NCBI GenBank assembly: GCA_965112155.1 | Contig: OZ218101.1 | DNA: 64,000 nucleotides | Reading direction: 5' to 3' (one strand) | DNA from: Podarcis liolepis | Taxonomy: Eukaryota | In this document: piece after piece, positions 38,847 to 51,214 of the stretch | Layout of the letters: every line of letters begins with the position of its first letter | Position numbering within the stretch: the stretch's first letter is position 1 | The notes under the pieces: generated by a model | The model's input: only the letters and a program-made list of their open reading frames with translations | Database searches by the model: none | Told to the model about the DNA's origin: nothing | Program-made: the position numbers and the translations under genes

Positions 38847-41800
38847 TTCTTCTTCTTCTTTTTAACAAAAGAGCCAACCAGTTCCATCTAGTTCAGGTGT
38901 AAAAGGATTACCTCTGAAGTTTATTGGTATGTTGTGGACTTTCCCAAAGAGTGCCCTACTCCCAGATGCTCTAAATGGCACTGTTGAGTTACACTGGAAT
39001 ATAGGAGTTCATCAAAATATATTGTGCCAGTGATCTAGATCCCAAGCATCCTTATCAAGTACTTTATTTGGTCCACGTAGTGTCTCTGTCTGGATCTTCA
39101 GGTCTAAAGAAGATTCCAGAAACAAGAGGTTGCATTATACAGATTTATCTTCAGTCTGTATAGAGAACATAGAAAGCAGGCATTTCAAGATGAAGGTTAA
39201 CACACGTTGCTGGCTACCCAGGAGCAAATCTTCTCTAAAGGTTTGTCCTGTGACGTTTGGAAAAGGGTGTGCTAAGAATTTACAATCAAAGTAACAGAAT
39301 CAACAAAGTTGGAGACAAATGCAAGGGGGACACACCTACCGTGTGAACAGGAAAGACGGAGGACTACAGATTCAAATACTTTCAGGTCAGGTGTGGACTC
39401 GTCCAGTCCAATTCAGATGGAGAAAAAGGATTAACAGATAAATGATGCATGAATGTGGACAAGCTCTAAGTGTCCTAGCCTGTCATTTATTCTTCACTGT
39501 TGTTCTTGTCCCTTAATTATCCCTTTTTGTGCATCTGCACTGCACACAGCAGTATGGGGACATCCCAGGGATGATGTGAGGCAAACAAAACAAAGCTGCA
39601 AGAAATGAAATGTGACAAAGAGCGATGGTGCATGCAAGTCTAATTTGATCAGAGGCTGTTTTGTCAAAATAAGTACAGTATAGGCCAAATGGCACAGTGT
39701 GTACATGCAGGCAGCGAAATCTAGGTTAATTACGCAAAGTTAGGTTTAGCTGCTCTAGGGTACTTGATGGTGCCAGAGTGCTCAAGCACAGTGAAGAGAG
39801 CTTTGTTTGCGTGTTTGTTTGTGTATTCGTGGAACTCCACTTTGCTCAGGAGAGGCAAGTGACTCAGCATGAATCTGCAGAAATGAGAATGGCTTCTGAA
39901 GAAGTCTTGGGTAAATCTGTTCACAAGAAGCAGCATGAAACACTCAAGAAATGGAAAAAACCGCTATGCTTCTAAAGTTCCAGGAAAGGGAATTCCCCCA
40001 TTTCAGTCAATCAAAAAGAAAGAGAGAAAGGAAAAAAGCTGGCTTCTTGAATCTTTACATTTGGCACATGAATTGGGCTGATGCAATGAAGATGTTGAGT
40101 TATGATCTATATCTGCAAAACATGGGAACAGGACCACTCAGTGTTCCTGCACAACAGGGTTCTGACTGATTTTTCTTGGTTAGCTGACAAATGCTCAGGA
40201 TTTTCCTCTCATCTAAAAATAAGGGTTTATTTTCCAGAAGACTGCAATTTCTGTGTAGCTTTGGTTTTAGAAAATGTTACCAATGAATGTGGTTAAATCT
40301 TCTTCCAAGCAACAAAAAAACCACACAAATATTTTTGGGGACATTTTCCTCACCACAATCAGAATTCAATTATATCTTGTGGTTCTAATATATTCCAAAA
40401 TAAGTGACCCATGTGTGTGGTGTTGGAAGGACATTGAAGCCTGAATCAGTTTTTGTTTGAAAAACCACATGCATTTTTTAAAATATCTCTTTGTTTCCCA
40501 GTGGCAGGGACAAAAATATATTTCAGCCATAGAAATAAGCTGGGAAGTTATCTGGATATTTTTTGTCTCAAAAAATTCTTTGTATAGGGAATAAAATTGG
40601 CTTCCACTGAATAGTTTTTGTTAGTTTGCATGCACCCCCATGTTACATTAGCAGGGACAAAATATGCCCCAAACACAAGTATCAGCTGGGATTCTTTCAG
40701 GATTTTTGGGGGTCCCAATAGCTTTTTGTGTATGAAGGGGAAGCTGTCAATGGTAAGGGGCTGAAATTTGCAGTCATTGCTTACTACTGTGCAGGTGACA
40801 GTTACAGTATGCTGTAAGTCTACTTTTGTGTAAATTCTGCATTGAAAGGTATGCTCAGGTTAGAATTGTACACCACCCTTCTCCCAGAATGTAACATATC
40901 TCTTCAGAAGCAGCTTGCCAGGTGGAGCAAAACCACTATACTAGCTTCCTGGAAGGTGGGTCACTGTTGCTTACTGGGAGGGAGAGGGAAAGGGAGAGGG
41001 GGAATGGCTAGGTGGCGGGAAGGCTGGTGCAGTGCAAGCACACCAACTGGAGCACCATATTGGCTCCATCAGTGTGCTTGCTGTCCAACAACATCTGGAA
41101 TCCACCAGGTTGGAGAAGGCTGACCTAGATAATCTGAGAAGGAAGGGGGCCTTTGCCCACATACTGTGCCATTGTTATAGACCATGGTGGCCAGGGGCCA
41201 TTGGGGTTGGTGGAGTGGAAGGCAGGGAAGCCAAAAGTAGGTAAAGCCAGAACCAATGAGAGGTTGAGCTCTGACTGGTTGTAAGTGAGAAGGCAGGTAG
41301 GGTCTGGCTGAGGGCAGTCTGAGTTTGGTGAGGCTGTGCCTCCATTGGTTGTAGATGCTGCTGCTGCTATTATACAGCATCTTTCCCAACTCCTGGTTGG
41401 GGCAACAGCAGCACTGGAGAAGAAACCTACTCCCTCACAGCACACACACTTTCCATGAAGACTCCTTGGACATGCTGCCCTCCCCAAAACATATAGTACC
41501 AAAAGAAATACTCTACAGATAAGAACATGAATAATAATAGCTGGATTCACCTACATGTTCACGTGTTTGTCAACACTGCAAGAATGCCAGCCAGAAATGT
41601 TTATTCCAGCACTGTTTAGAGGTAGGGGCTGGGTTTTTTTGGGTTTTTTTGCAACTTCTCATGCATTAGTCTTTTTAACCTTTGTACCCCAGAGGCCTCT
41701 GTGATTGTCTTTTTCAAATGAGTCAGTATCATTCATTTATAAAGCACACCAGGAGTTTCATCTGTTTTATCTTGTTCTAAAACATTCTGTGTTTGTTTGC

Positions 41801-44800
41801 ATGGTGAGGCATGGGTTACAGTTGTACCAAACATTTAAAGCATTATGGTACCAGTTTAAACAGTCATGGCTTCCCCCAAAGAAGCCTGGGAGCTGTAGTT
41901 TGTTAAGGGTGCACTGCTAAGAGTTGTTAGGAGACCTCTGTTCACAATTCCCAGAGTGGTTTCTTAATCAATCCGTCTTCACAGGGAACTCTGGGAATTA
42001 TAGCTCTGGGAGGGGAATAGAGGTCTCCTAACAGCTCTCAGCTAGTTGTATTTTTCCCGGTGGGGCAGATAGCATATTCATGTTCTGAGGTTTGTGTGGG
42101 GAGTATAAAAATCAGGAAAACGTCTTAGGGAAATGGTTAAACACCCTTCCCCCAGCAATGCCACTCTAAGAAAAAATGGACCCCCCCAATATTGCTTTGA
42201 TGTTTGGATTTCAGAAAGTTGGGATCTGGTCTATTTTGTCCTTTAGAGGATAGATCAAGCTAAGGATATTCTATAGTCTGTCCTGAACGCTTTGAAAAAA
42301 CACCTCTTTTTTTAAAAAAAGTGCTAGAGTAGTATTAAAGTCCTCTAATTAAAATATTCAGCAGATGCAAAAAAGCAGGTTGGCAAAGACTGTCAGATTT
42401 TATTTTCTGTGGGTTTTGGGGTTGTTTTATCATACAATTGCAACAATCTATTTCAAACTTCAAGGCTATATTGCAGCAAAGCAGAAACAGTGTAAGTGTT
42501 GGGAGGGAGATCTAGTGAAAAACCAGCCTCACAACTTTTTTTGTTGTTAAGTAAGCCAATTAGCAAACACCTTGGGTGGATAATATTACCCTTGATATTA
42601 GATCAGCAATCTTTTGCAAAGAAGCAAATAGCAACTTGAGCTGGATTTCTGAGCAAGTAATAAACGAAGTAGAGCTTCAAGAGATTATGAAAGAAATGAG
42701 GTCTGCTGATGTGCAGGATTCTGACTTTACAGTGTCAGCACTAATTTACAGAGTTCAGGTGGGATATGCTAAGGCATATTCCATTCTCTATAACTGGCGA
42801 TCAAAGATGATAATTGTTGTTGCAAACCAGCACACATTCAATGCTTGCTTTAAAAACAGGCAATAACAGAATGTGAAAACACAAGAAATTGTGAATGTGA
42901 AAGGGCAAAAAATACTGAATAAAAGAGGGAGACGCCCAACAGGCAGTTAATTCTTTACTGATAACTATATCAACGGGATGATGAGTTAGAGGCTGACAGT
43001 TCTGTGTATGGTCTTCAAAAGATCCAGCCCAAGTTCATGCAAATGGCAATACTGAAACTAGATATTTCCCTCTAAGCTTTAATTAAACTCTGAAACCTAC
43101 AAACCTGTAACTGTACTATTAGTAAACAGGTGCTCAGCTGAAATGGTAAATGGGTGCAAATACATATAACAAAAAGAAATATTGGTTGGGTGGCTGGGAA
43201 TCTCCGGCTGGCATTATCTATAAGAATCCATCCATTCTAATTTAAACATATAGATTAATATAAGCATTCTGTATGTCCAAACAGGTATCTACATTTTGGT
43301 TTTTTTAAAATATATATTGAATAGTTGTTTTACTGTACACTGCATTGGTATTATTTTAATGAGAGCCAGTACATAAATATTTTAAATGAAATTTTAAAAA
43401 TGCATCTTTAGCTTCACCAGTTTAGTATAATCTTCCACATATTAACACAGAATTATGTCCCGCTGTGTTACTTACTCCCTGGTAAATGTGCATCAGATCA
43501 TGGTCTTAATCGGAATAAATCTTCCTTTACCCTGGATTTATTGGGGGTGGGGGAATCATTGTTAGCATTTTAATTAGCTATACTTACAGAAAGGTGGTAT
43601 CTAGCTAAAGGATTAGCCTGGCATTTGGAACAAAAGGAGCAATAGCCGGGAGCAAAATCTGATCCAGTGCAAAATTCATTGCTAAAAATAATGTGCAGGT
43701 GTGTATGGATCTGCACATGAATATATTCAGAAGTTCCAGGTAAACTGATTAACAATACTGTTGTGATTTCTGGTATACTTATTATGCATGTAATCATTTT
43801 TTAATAGCAGTGTTGGTTTCCCCCCCAATACATTTGTGTGCCCTACTAATAAGCTTTATGCAATAATGGAAGACTCAGTGAGTGGGTGTATGGTATCAAT
43901 TTCCATTTCTCATGCCTTATTTCATTCATTACTTTCCCCACGTAGCACACTTTCATAAGATGTCAGAAGCGCCTATTCAAAGTCCAAATTGGACCACCCT
44001 TGCTCAGACTAAAGTCCCATAAATAGATCACCCACCCACTATTGGTATGCAGTTCATTTAAGGCAGCACTTGCCAATCTGGTGTGCTCCCAAAGGTTTGG
44101 ACTCTTTATTTATTTTATTATTATTTATTAAATTTCAATACTGCCCTTCATCTGAAGATCACTGTTTAAAATAGAAGAACACAAAAATGCATGTATGCTA
44201 CATACATGCTACAACTCTTGGTGGGGCCATTCAAAACATCTGTTAAGGCACCAAGGCGGGGGTGCAGTTGCTATCACATTATACTCCCCCTACTTTTTCA
44301 TTGCCCTGGGACAGTGAAAGACTTGCAGTCCTGTAAGTCCTGACTCAGGTGTCTGCACTCAGGTGAGTATGCACATACTTGTTACCCTCTTAAGTGAAAC
44401 ATGTAGCAATCAGGGCAATGGCTGGATTCAACGACCCTGGTGCATTAGCAGAAGCCAGTGCTAGCACAACGGGGCTACTACTCTCTCCTCTCCCATGCAC
44501 CCCAACATCTGCTTGTGCCAGCAGAATGATCGTATTAGTATGATGTTGAATTCCACCAAATATATACGGTTGTCAAAGATGCCAGTGTTTCTCTACTGGC
44601 CTCAGCAAACTCTTTCAGAGACACTCGTAAACTTGACGTACATTAGTGAGTCTGAACCACTCTTTGTCATTGCTGGTTTCTGCCCATGTGTGAGATTTAG
44701 CTACTTCTGCACAGAGCGCTGAGCAACAAGGAGGAAACAGGATTGCCAGATGACTGGTGCATTCCTGGTGTGCTATCCAGTGTGTGTTCTAACTCAGTTT

Positions 44801-46104
44801 GTAAAAACGAGAAATGGCAAGCTGTTTTTCACTCATTTTTCAACCCAAACAGGCGAATAATTTAGAATTGACTATGTAACAGTGTCAGGAAATTATTCTC
44901 TCCAGAATGATAAAGGGCTAAATTAAGTCCTTGTTTTATTCCTTCATCTTTTTCCTGCCTTGCCTTTTATTTACTTCAGAGTGAGGAAAGTGTCAAAACA
45001 AGCAACATTATTTTGTCCCTTGAAATGCGCCTTTAAAAAAAAAATATATGAGAAGATATATAGGCTGGGATATATATGCAGAGAAATTGGTGGCAAAGTC
45101 AATGGTAACTTGTCGCTGGTTCTGTGTGCCTACATGTGTGGTAAATCTTGCCCTGTGCAAGGGGGAATGTTTCTTTTTGGCAGGCCTGGTGTGGGAGTCT
45201 TGTTAAAATAAAGTTATAAACTCACACGGAAAAGCAGCTGGTTCCTGGTGCTGTTCTCTTCAACACCCTCCCTAGTATTAGTTATAGGGAATAAGCTTGG
45301 TTAAAAATGCTTCCTAAACCCAGTAGTTTCTTAAATTGAGGTGTGTTTTTTGTGTCTTGCTATTGTATCCATTTAAATCCTAGAATAATGAATCACTGTA
45401 GTCATTTGGTCCACATGAGATTGCTTTGTAGTCTATCTTACAGCGCTGTTAACTAAAGTGCTGTTCAGAGCTCCAGCTAAGATGAGCAACAGGTGTCTCA
45501 ACATGTGCTCTGAATCTGAAAGCTCGGCTGAATGTTTTATAACAAGTCTCTTATTCTCAGTGAATTTTTCACTTTCAGATGTCTGCATTTCACTAAGCTT
45601 GGACATTTCAGGGATAGTCTAGCACAGCTTGCTATTACAGAGTCTGAGAAGTATACAAGGACATAGAGATACCAAAATATGTTTTAATGACACAGCTCTG
45701 CCTTTGACTTTCATGCCTTTTTAAGTGAGCTGCTAATATATATTCTGAGCAAGGAAATATTTTATATCAAGGGCATTTTTATGTTGATAGATTTTGCTAA
45801 TGGATACCAGTATATAATAAAACTATTCAGTAGACCAAGTGTAAGTGTGATCAGCCAGAACCGTTAGTGCGATTTTTCTCCACAAAAAGACAATGCAAAA
45901 CCTTTCCTCACCCCATATTAAGTGCAGACAATGCTCTTTTCTTGTCTAAATGCAAAGGGCGTTTGAACCATAATCTGTACTATCAAGCCTAGGTATCAGT
46001 TAGATGAGACATGGGGTGATTTTTTTTTTTAAATGGGCAGTTGGTTTCATTGGTTTAAAAAGGGATATCTCACTAAAACCTTTTCCATGTGTTAAGATAC
46101 GTTT

Positions 46105-46325
46105 GCCAGATGGGGTGGAGCTGCTACCCTAGCTCTCTGATCATTGCTGCTTACCAGGAGAGGCAAGGTTAGCATGGTGCAAATGCGCCAGCAGAGTTAA
46201 CCTGGTGCTTCTGCGCATGCATTTGCACTGCACTGGCCTTCCTACCAGCTCACCCTTCCTCCTCTTGGTAAATATCAGCAATTCATCTGCCAAGAAGCTA
46301 GCATAGTGGCTCCACCCCACCTGGC
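46105..46325. mobile_element. 221-bp fold-back element / MITE
   Basis: gccagatggggtggagc / gctccaccccacctggc (16/17), with further internal complementary blocks; no clear TSD. Confidence 0.6.
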
Positions 46326-46363
46326 TTCTCCCATACCTTTGTTTTATAAAGATATTTCACAAG

Positions 46364-46900
46364 GTATGATGTAGACGATTTGGTTGAATTATGGCATCCT
46401 TTTAATAAAATACTTTACTGATAACCCTGAAGGAATGTCAGCCACTGAAATCGCAGGCTGGAATTTAGCAAACACCCCCCTGGAGGGGGGTAAAATGGGA
46501 TTTTGTATTTGTATTTTTTCCCTTTTTCTTTTTTTGTAATTGTGGTTCTATAATGGAAATTAATAAAACTCTATAATTGAAAATGCTCACTGTGAGTGAG
46601 TGAGTGAGTGCTCACTGGAAGGACAGATCGTGAAGCTGAGGCTCCAATACTTTGGCCACCTCATGAGAAGAGAAGACTCCCTGGAAAAGACCCTGATGTT
46701 GGGAAACATTGAGGGCACAAGGAGAAGGGGACGACAGAGGACGAGATGGTTGGACAGTGTTCTCGAAGCTACAAACATGAGTCTGACCAAACTGCGGGAG
46801 GCGTTGAAAGACAGGAGTGCCTGGCGTGCTCTGGTCCATGGGGTCACGAAGAGTCGGACACGACTAAACGACTAAACAACAACAACAAATAATTGAAAAT
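46364..46900 (+). mobile_element. L1-like 3' end (hosting BovB in its tail)
   Basis: TSD agatatttcacaag (46350-46363) / agatatctcacaag (46901-46914), 13/14; DDLVELWHPF C-terminal-like motif; T-rich UTR; AATAAA at 46562. Confidence 0.65.
46585..46888 (+). mobile_element. RTE-BovB LINE 3' fragment
   Basis: ECSLEGQIVKLRLQYFGHLMRREDSLEKTLMLG.IEG.RRRGRQRTRWLDSV...VHGVTKSRTRLND*; (CAA)n tail; 12-bp TSD ataattgaaaat (46573-46584, 46889-46900). Confidence 0.96.
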
Positions 46901-47145
46901 AGATATCTCACAAGATTTTGCCATGTTCTGTGTCCGCTAGGCTTTGGGTTCCTTAAACCAAAGTTCTCTTTACTTTCCCCCCTAGAGCTGGTCGCAAGGG
47001 AGGGACTCTGGGCAAATGGGCTCAAAAACATTCTAGCAGCTGGATGGACTGATGTGGCTGAAGATTCATCCTGTCTTGTAACAGCCTGTTACACTCAGGT
47101 TCCCCACTTCTTCCCTAAAGTGAGTTTTAGATTTTCATTGATTGA

Positions 47146-47236
47146 CAGCCCACTCCAAGCCACACTTACCTAGGAGTAAGCCTCACTGAATTCAGTGGGA
47201 CTTTCTTCTCAGTATATATGCTTAGGATTGCACTGT
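47146..47236. repeat. ~90-bp old palindromic dispersed repeat (representative copy of about 11-12 in the window)
   Basis: cacacttacctaggagtaagcctcactgaattcagtgggactttcttctcagtatatatgcttaggattgcactg. Confidence 0.75.
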
Positions 47237-49543
47237 TGTTGTAGTTTAGTTTTATTAAAGCTGATGTTTTATTATAGTTATACTTTAGTTTTGAACCTGC
47301 AGCGGGATTATGAACACGAAGAAGTAAGGGACAGAAAGAAAACAAACAAAAATGCCTGGGGGGAAACTCTCCGTCCTGCAGGCTTTGATGTGCTAAGTGA
47401 ACAAGCAAATCCTTTCTAATGAAGCAAGGTTTTGATCTGTCAAACCTGTAACCTCCTCCATGAGGGCTCAGCTTTTTCAAAGACATGAGTCTTGCCTTTG
47501 GCTAGCTCTAAGACTTGAGTCAGTAAGAACTCTCCCACAGACTTGAGTTGGCTTGGGAGCAGACTGCTCATGCAACATACATTTTGAAAGGTAAGCTTGA
47601 AAATTCAGGGGGAGGGGAATGCTTCCTCAACGTTTGCTAAAAACTACCTATAGCACTTCAAGTATCGCCTCCTCCTTCTGATGGTTCAGCTGGAGAAGAA
47701 AATCCTCAGGTCTTTTCACAGATAGATTTCTATATACAAATGACCATGTTTTTTTATAAGTGAAAACTTAACAGAGCATATTTATGGCATTAAGAACATA
47801 GAGACCAATTGTCCCCTCACTCAGATGTCCCCCATTCAGTCTTCAAGGTTCTGTACCAAATTCAGAATGTTATTATTATTTAAATGGAATAATAGAGGAT
47901 TCCATTAGGACATCAAGACCAGGGAATTAGGAATGTCAACATCTGGGGAGAAATTATGTGAAAGTTTTAGAAGCACCCTTACCTGATGCAAAGGACGGCA
48001 GAACTTCCAGATGCTCAATAATTAGTACCTGAGGGGATTTGGGCAACCTCATTGTAGAAACATCCTTAAAATTCCCTTGCACCTATAGAAATATAAAGGA
48101 ACCCTGCCTTCCTGTGTTTCTGTCAACCTGTTCTTAGCAGATTCTTATTTTTACCAGAATTGTAGTTCTTTGATAACACGGCACAGACTTTTTTTAAAAA
48201 AACAAAACCCTGCTACTTGAATGGATTATTCCTTACAATAAGAAACATGGCATACAGAGTTTTTGGAAGTTCTTCTGGTACAGATGTAACTTTTCAGAAG
48301 CGATTTTAACAAAAACATTCACAAAAAATCTTTTTAATCTTCTGCCTTGTACTTGAAAGATCAAATTGTGCTTTTATCCCCCGTTTTATTGTCTAATGTA
48401 GTCGGAAATGATTCATGGGGAAGAGCCAGTGCAAGAAACACTCAGACAGCCGTTACAAGTCCTGTCTAATTGGCTTCACCCTTTATCATGAGTTGGACAC
48501 TTAAGCACGTTTCACTTTTTTGTGTGTGGAGGGCGGAAGAATGTTACCTGACAAGTAAAAAGCTATTCTTTCATAATACAGATTCCCTGCCCCCTCTTTA
48601 AAATAATGTAGTTGGACATTTATCTTTATGGAGCAAAGTTTCAAAAGCCAACTATTGCAATTTAGGTAACTTTAACGCTATAGGAAGGTTCTGGAAGAAA
48701 AAAAAAGGTTTTAGTTGCAGTGGTGAAAGTGCCACAATGTTGAATAAAAACAGACGGGGCAGACTTTATTTTCCTATACTGCAGACTACACAAGCAAAGC
48801 AAACAGACATCAAAGTTTTCATGATGTTTTATTGTAGTTCAGTTTCTCCCCTCCACAAACACCCTGCTTGCTCTCTCCATGGGAGAATTACCATATTTTT
48901 TTCCCTTTCGGAAAATTTTAAATTTAAAATTGTCAGTGGATTTTCCATGGAAATCAATTGCCTGGAGCTAGGGAAATGGGCTTGCAACCTTCACTTCAGC
49001 AGATCAATAATTACTATCAGCATTTTGTGTTTTAAAGGGAATCAGACTTTAAAGGGTAGGTCTGTGTTTGAACAAATGTATTGCAAGAGGCCAAGGGAAT
49101 ATTCGGGAAGGGAGTTTCATTTAAGCTGAAGCCACTCTTGATGTTAGTTTTACATTTTTTGGTGGAAGGAATTGTTGCTAATAGTAAAAGTACAAATCTA
49201 CGCATGCCTACTGAGTTGAGTGTGCCTTACTTTTAGATAAGTGCGTATAGGATTGCCGCATTGGATACCAAAAAGGGATACAATTTTACTGGACCAAAAT
49301 CATGTCAGTTAAGAAAAGGGGAGGGGGGAAGAATGAACCTTTTATGGCTCACAATGCTTTGCTTCAAATAATCAAAGTGTTATAATAATTGATTATCAAA
49401 GCATTTTGATAATCAAATTATCAAAAAAGGAGAGGTGTTTTCTCATGGTCCCATCAACTGAGTTGCCTCATTTAAAAAAATGCTTCAGGTGCCACAGCGG
49501 TGTAGGGTGACATGTATTTGAAAGCAACATATCCAGTGCTAGT

Positions 49544-49544
<1 letters not shown>

Positions 49545-49596
<52 letters not shown>

Positions 49597-49861
49597 GGAG
49601 GAGGAGGAGGAGGAGGAAGAGGAAGAGTTTGGATTTGATATCCCGCTTTATCACTACCCTAAGGAGTCTCAAAGCGGCTAACATTCTCCTTTCCCTTCCT
49701 CCCCCACAACAAACACTCTGTGAGGTGGATGGGGCTGAGAGACTTCAAAGAAGTGTGACTGGCCCAAGGTCACCCAGCAGCTGCATGTGGAGGAGCGGAG
49801 ACGTGAACCCAGTTCCCCAGATTACGAGACTACCGCTCTTAACCACTACACCACATTGGCT
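49545..49861 (-). mobile_element. CORE SINE (Squam3-like) with compound (CCT)n(CTT)n tail
   Basis: Reverse complement of the element at 30469. Confidence 0.88.
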
Positions 49862-50489
49862 TAGATATCAAAGGGTTCCGTACATATCTTTCCTGATATA
49901 TAGACCACTATATATCCAGCACAGAGCTTAACAGCTGCTCTGTGCTGCCAGAGTCTACAGAGACCTGGATTCAGGCTCCCAACACTTGCAGCTTGTGCAG
50001 AGGGCCCAAGCTGCCTCTCCGACACTAGTGTCACTACAGCTTACCTGGATGGTGCATGGCACTGAGGTTGGCTCTGCGCAGATGCACCACCAGGAACACT
50101 GGATTGGCTCTGCTAGTGTTTCTGTCCCACCCATCCCTACTGCTGTCCTGCCCCAGCCTTGTCAGCTGCAGCAGCGCTAGTGTCAGGAGGACAGCTCCAC
50201 CTCACCGCACTGACTCCCACACCTCAAAATTGATCATTAGGGACTATTCGACTGGACAGCTCCTGCCATAGGTTGGTCACCTAAGTGAGTGTTGAGAAGA
50301 CAAAACTATAATGGCAGCCCCAGGTTCCCAAATAAGAGGAATAATGTTGTATGATACCAAATCAATTCCTGTAATTCAAATAGATTACGGCCAGGATCCA
50401 AAGAGCCACACTTTGCTATAATTACCCTTCTGTGCACATCCCCTGTGCCACATAGCAAGCTGCTCTGTGAAGGTCATTCATTTGATCTT

Positions 50490-50700
50490 CATAGAAACAG
50501 GAAGCTACCTTATGCCAGGCCTATTTATACCACACGATCCAGTGAGCTCAGTATTGTCTCCACTGAATGCCACGCGTTCTCCAAGGCTGCCAGAGCTCTT
50601 TCCCATCACTGCTACATAATCCTTTAAACTGGAGACACTAGGGTTTAAAAGTTGGACTTGCAGAGCAGGCTGTCTGCCCCTGAGCTGTGGTCTCTCTCCA
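50490..50700 (-). mobile_element. Decayed tRNA-derived SINE (Squam2-like)
   Basis: Minus strand head accacagctcaggggcagacagcctgctctgca; body gacaatactgagct; tail ataaggtagcttcctgtttctatg. Confidence 0.6.
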
Positions 50701-50864
50701 CAGAAATGTGTCTTTGATGATGATGGGCAATGTGTTTGCAGAAGGAGGGCCTGTGTGGTGCAGGCTCCTATGCCTGGCACCGGTCCATGTCAAAAAGAAG
50801 GACTAGCCTTCAATTTAGGATGAGGAATAGGGGTAAGAAAACGGAAAAAAGTCCCAAACAAGTA

Positions 50865-50950
50865 CTGTATTTTTTGCTCCATAAGACGTACCTGACCATA
50901 AGAGGCACCTAGTTTTTAGAGGAGGAAAAGAAGAAAAAAAATCTTCTGAA
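50865..50950. mobile_element. One end of the Tc2-like MITE family seen at 443-674
   Basis: TA then ctgtattttttgctccataagac...ctagtttttagaggaggaaaa, matching the reverse complement of ~590-674. Confidence 0.8.
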
Positions 50951-51214
50951 CGAAACAGTGGATGTATGGTTTTTGTGGTTCATGCTGTGGCCACAGACAT
51001 GCTATGTGATCTGATGGTGAATTTGGGGTGACCCAATGCAAAAATCCTGAGGATCTATGTGGATCTGTGCTTTGTAACCACGTTTTTGTGCCATTGTGGC
51101 CCCACGAAACAGTGGATGCGTGTGTTTTTGGTGTAGTGTGTAGCCATGGACATGCTATGTGATCTGATGGAGAATTTGGGGTGACCCAATGTAAAAATCC
51201 TAGGATCCATGTGC
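50951..51214 (+). repeat. 154-bp tandem repeat, ~1.7 copies
   Basis: cgaaacagtggatg at 50951 and 51105; gacatgctatgtgatctgatgg.gaatttggggtgacccaatg.aaaaatcct in both units. Confidence 0.9.

Noticed and set aside
38231-38887. Longest ORF (218 aa, minus strand)
   Set aside because: Starts in a low-complexity run and the antisense of an L2 fragment; no recognisable domain
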